Source: the human T2T-CHM13v2.0 reference genome, Homo sapiens. Taken from it: a stretch of DNA of 64,000 bases. Positions 62,953-64,000 of the stretch are shown piece by piece (the stretch's first letter is position 1; every line of letters starts with the position of its first letter). Below the pieces are notes generated by a model. It was not told the DNA's origin. It saw nothing but the letters and a program-made list of their open reading frames with translations, and ran no database searches. Location of the stretch: the NCBI RefSeq assembly GCF_009914755.1, contig NC_060936.1; one strand, given 5' to 3'. Position numbers and translations under genes: made by a program.

Positions 62953-63240
62953 TGCTTTTCTGGGGGAGGGGCAAGTACCCCTCAACTCCTTCTCCTTCAC
63001 CCTTAGCGGCAAGTCCCGCTTTTCTGGGAGAGGGGCAAGTACCCCTCAACCCCTTCTCCTTCACCCTTAGTGGCAAGTCCCGCTTTTCTGGGGGAGGGGC
63101 AAGTACCCCTCAACCCCTTCTCCTTCACCCTTAGTGGCAAGTCCCGCTTTTCTGGGGGAGGGGCAAGTACCCCTCAACCCCTTCTCCTTCACTCTTAGCG
63201 GCAAGTCCTGCTTTTCTAGAGGAGGGGCAAGTACCCCAAC
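62953..63240 (+). repeat. 64-bp tandem repeat in the HERV-H leader (about 4.5 copies)
   Basis: ccttcac(c/t)cttag(c/t)ggcaagtcc recurs at 62994, 63058, 63122 and 63186 (period 64), with a related copy at 62869. Confidence 0.9.
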
Positions 63241-63412
63241 CTCGTATCTCTGCGCCCCAATCCCTTATTTCCACGCCCCTACCTCTTATCTCTGCGCCCC
63301 AATCCCTTATTTCTGTGCCCCGACCCCTTATTTCCATGCCCCAACCCCTTATTTCTGTGCCCCATCCCTTATTTCCGTGCCCCGACCTCTTATCTCTGCG
63401 CCCCAACCCCTT
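63240..63412 (+). repeat. 21-22-bp tandem repeat in HERV-H pre-gag (about 8 copies)
   Basis: Repeated variants of cccttatttctgtgccccNa. Confidence 0.85.
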
Positions 63413-63499
63413 TTCCCACTTTTCTGGAAGGTAAGAACCGCCGAACCCCTTCTCTCTGTTTCTCTACTCTCTCTTTTCTCTAGGCTTGCTTCCTTCACT

Positions 63500-64000
63500 A
63501 TGGGCAACCTTCCACCCTCCATTCCTCCTTCTACTCCCTTGGCCTGTGTTCTCAAAAACTTAAAACCTCTTCAACTCACACCTGACCTAAAACCTAAATG
63601 CCTTATTTTCTTCTGCAATGCCACTTGACCCCAATACAAACTCAACAGTAGTTCCAAATAGCCAGAAAATGGCACTTTGAATTTCTCCATCCTGCAAGAT
63701 CTAAATAATTCTTGTCGTAAAATAGGCAAATGGTCTGAGGTGCCTGACGTCCAGGCATTCTTTTACACATCAGTCCCTTCCTAGCCTCTGTGCCCAGTGC
63801 AACTCGTCCCAAATCTTCCTTCTTTCCCTCCCGCCTGTCCCCTCAGTACCAACCCCAAGCGTCGCTGAGTCTTTCTAATCTTCATTTTCTACAGACCCAT
63901 CTGACCTCTCCCTTCCTCCCCAGGCTGCTCCTCGCCAGGCCGAGCTAGGTCCCAATTCTTCCTCAGCCTCTGCTTCTCCACCCTATAATCCTTTTATCAC
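63500..64000 (+). pseudogene. Defective HERV-H gag (matrix region)
   Basis: MGNLPPSIPPSTPLACVLKNLKPLQLTPDLKPKCLIFFCNAT*PQYKLNSSSK*PENGTLNFSILQDLNNSCRKIGKWSEVPDVQAFF: gammaretrovirus-like MA with in-frame stops at 63626 and 63659. Confidence 0.85.

Larger units (their letters stand above)
62443..64000 (+). mobile_element. HERV-H internal region (PBS, leader, pre-gag, gag); runs off the window end
   Basis: PBS tggtgctgtgactcgaat (62445-62462) resembles the tRNA-His PBS. Splice donor cag|gtaagc at 62589, C-rich leader repeats, gag start at 63500. Confidence 0.93.

Noticed and set aside
62953-63412. Regularly spaced repeats resembling a CRISPR array
   Set aside because: Contiguous tandem units without unique spacers, inside a HERV-H leader in eukaryotic DNA.

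Overview
Human/primate genomic DNA: an intron-dominated segment of the netrin-4 gene (NTN4) on the minus strand. Three coding exons have canonical AG/GT boundaries (51024-51302, 26364-26490, 23593-23781) and splice in frame, encoding the end of the laminin N-terminal (LN) domain and laminin-EGF modules 1 and 2. The rest is intronic: about 30 Alus, old L1/L2/MIR fragments, MER2/MER5/MER44-type DNA transposons, and three LTR elements all antisense to the gene (an MST-type solo LTR, an LTR6-like solo LTR, and the 5' end of a HERV-H provirus). The most unusual structure is a complex insertion inside a MER44-type transposon (54409-54835): a 57-bp fold-back, a (TA)n tract and a 138-bp copy of sequence 2.7 kb away. 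Also notable are a 166-bp duplication spanning an Alu TSD, a tiny CpG-dense duplicated motif, and inverted Alus bracketing a symmetric exon. I found no evidence of a new protein-coding system. Gene, exon-number and repeat-family names are from recall, not database searches.
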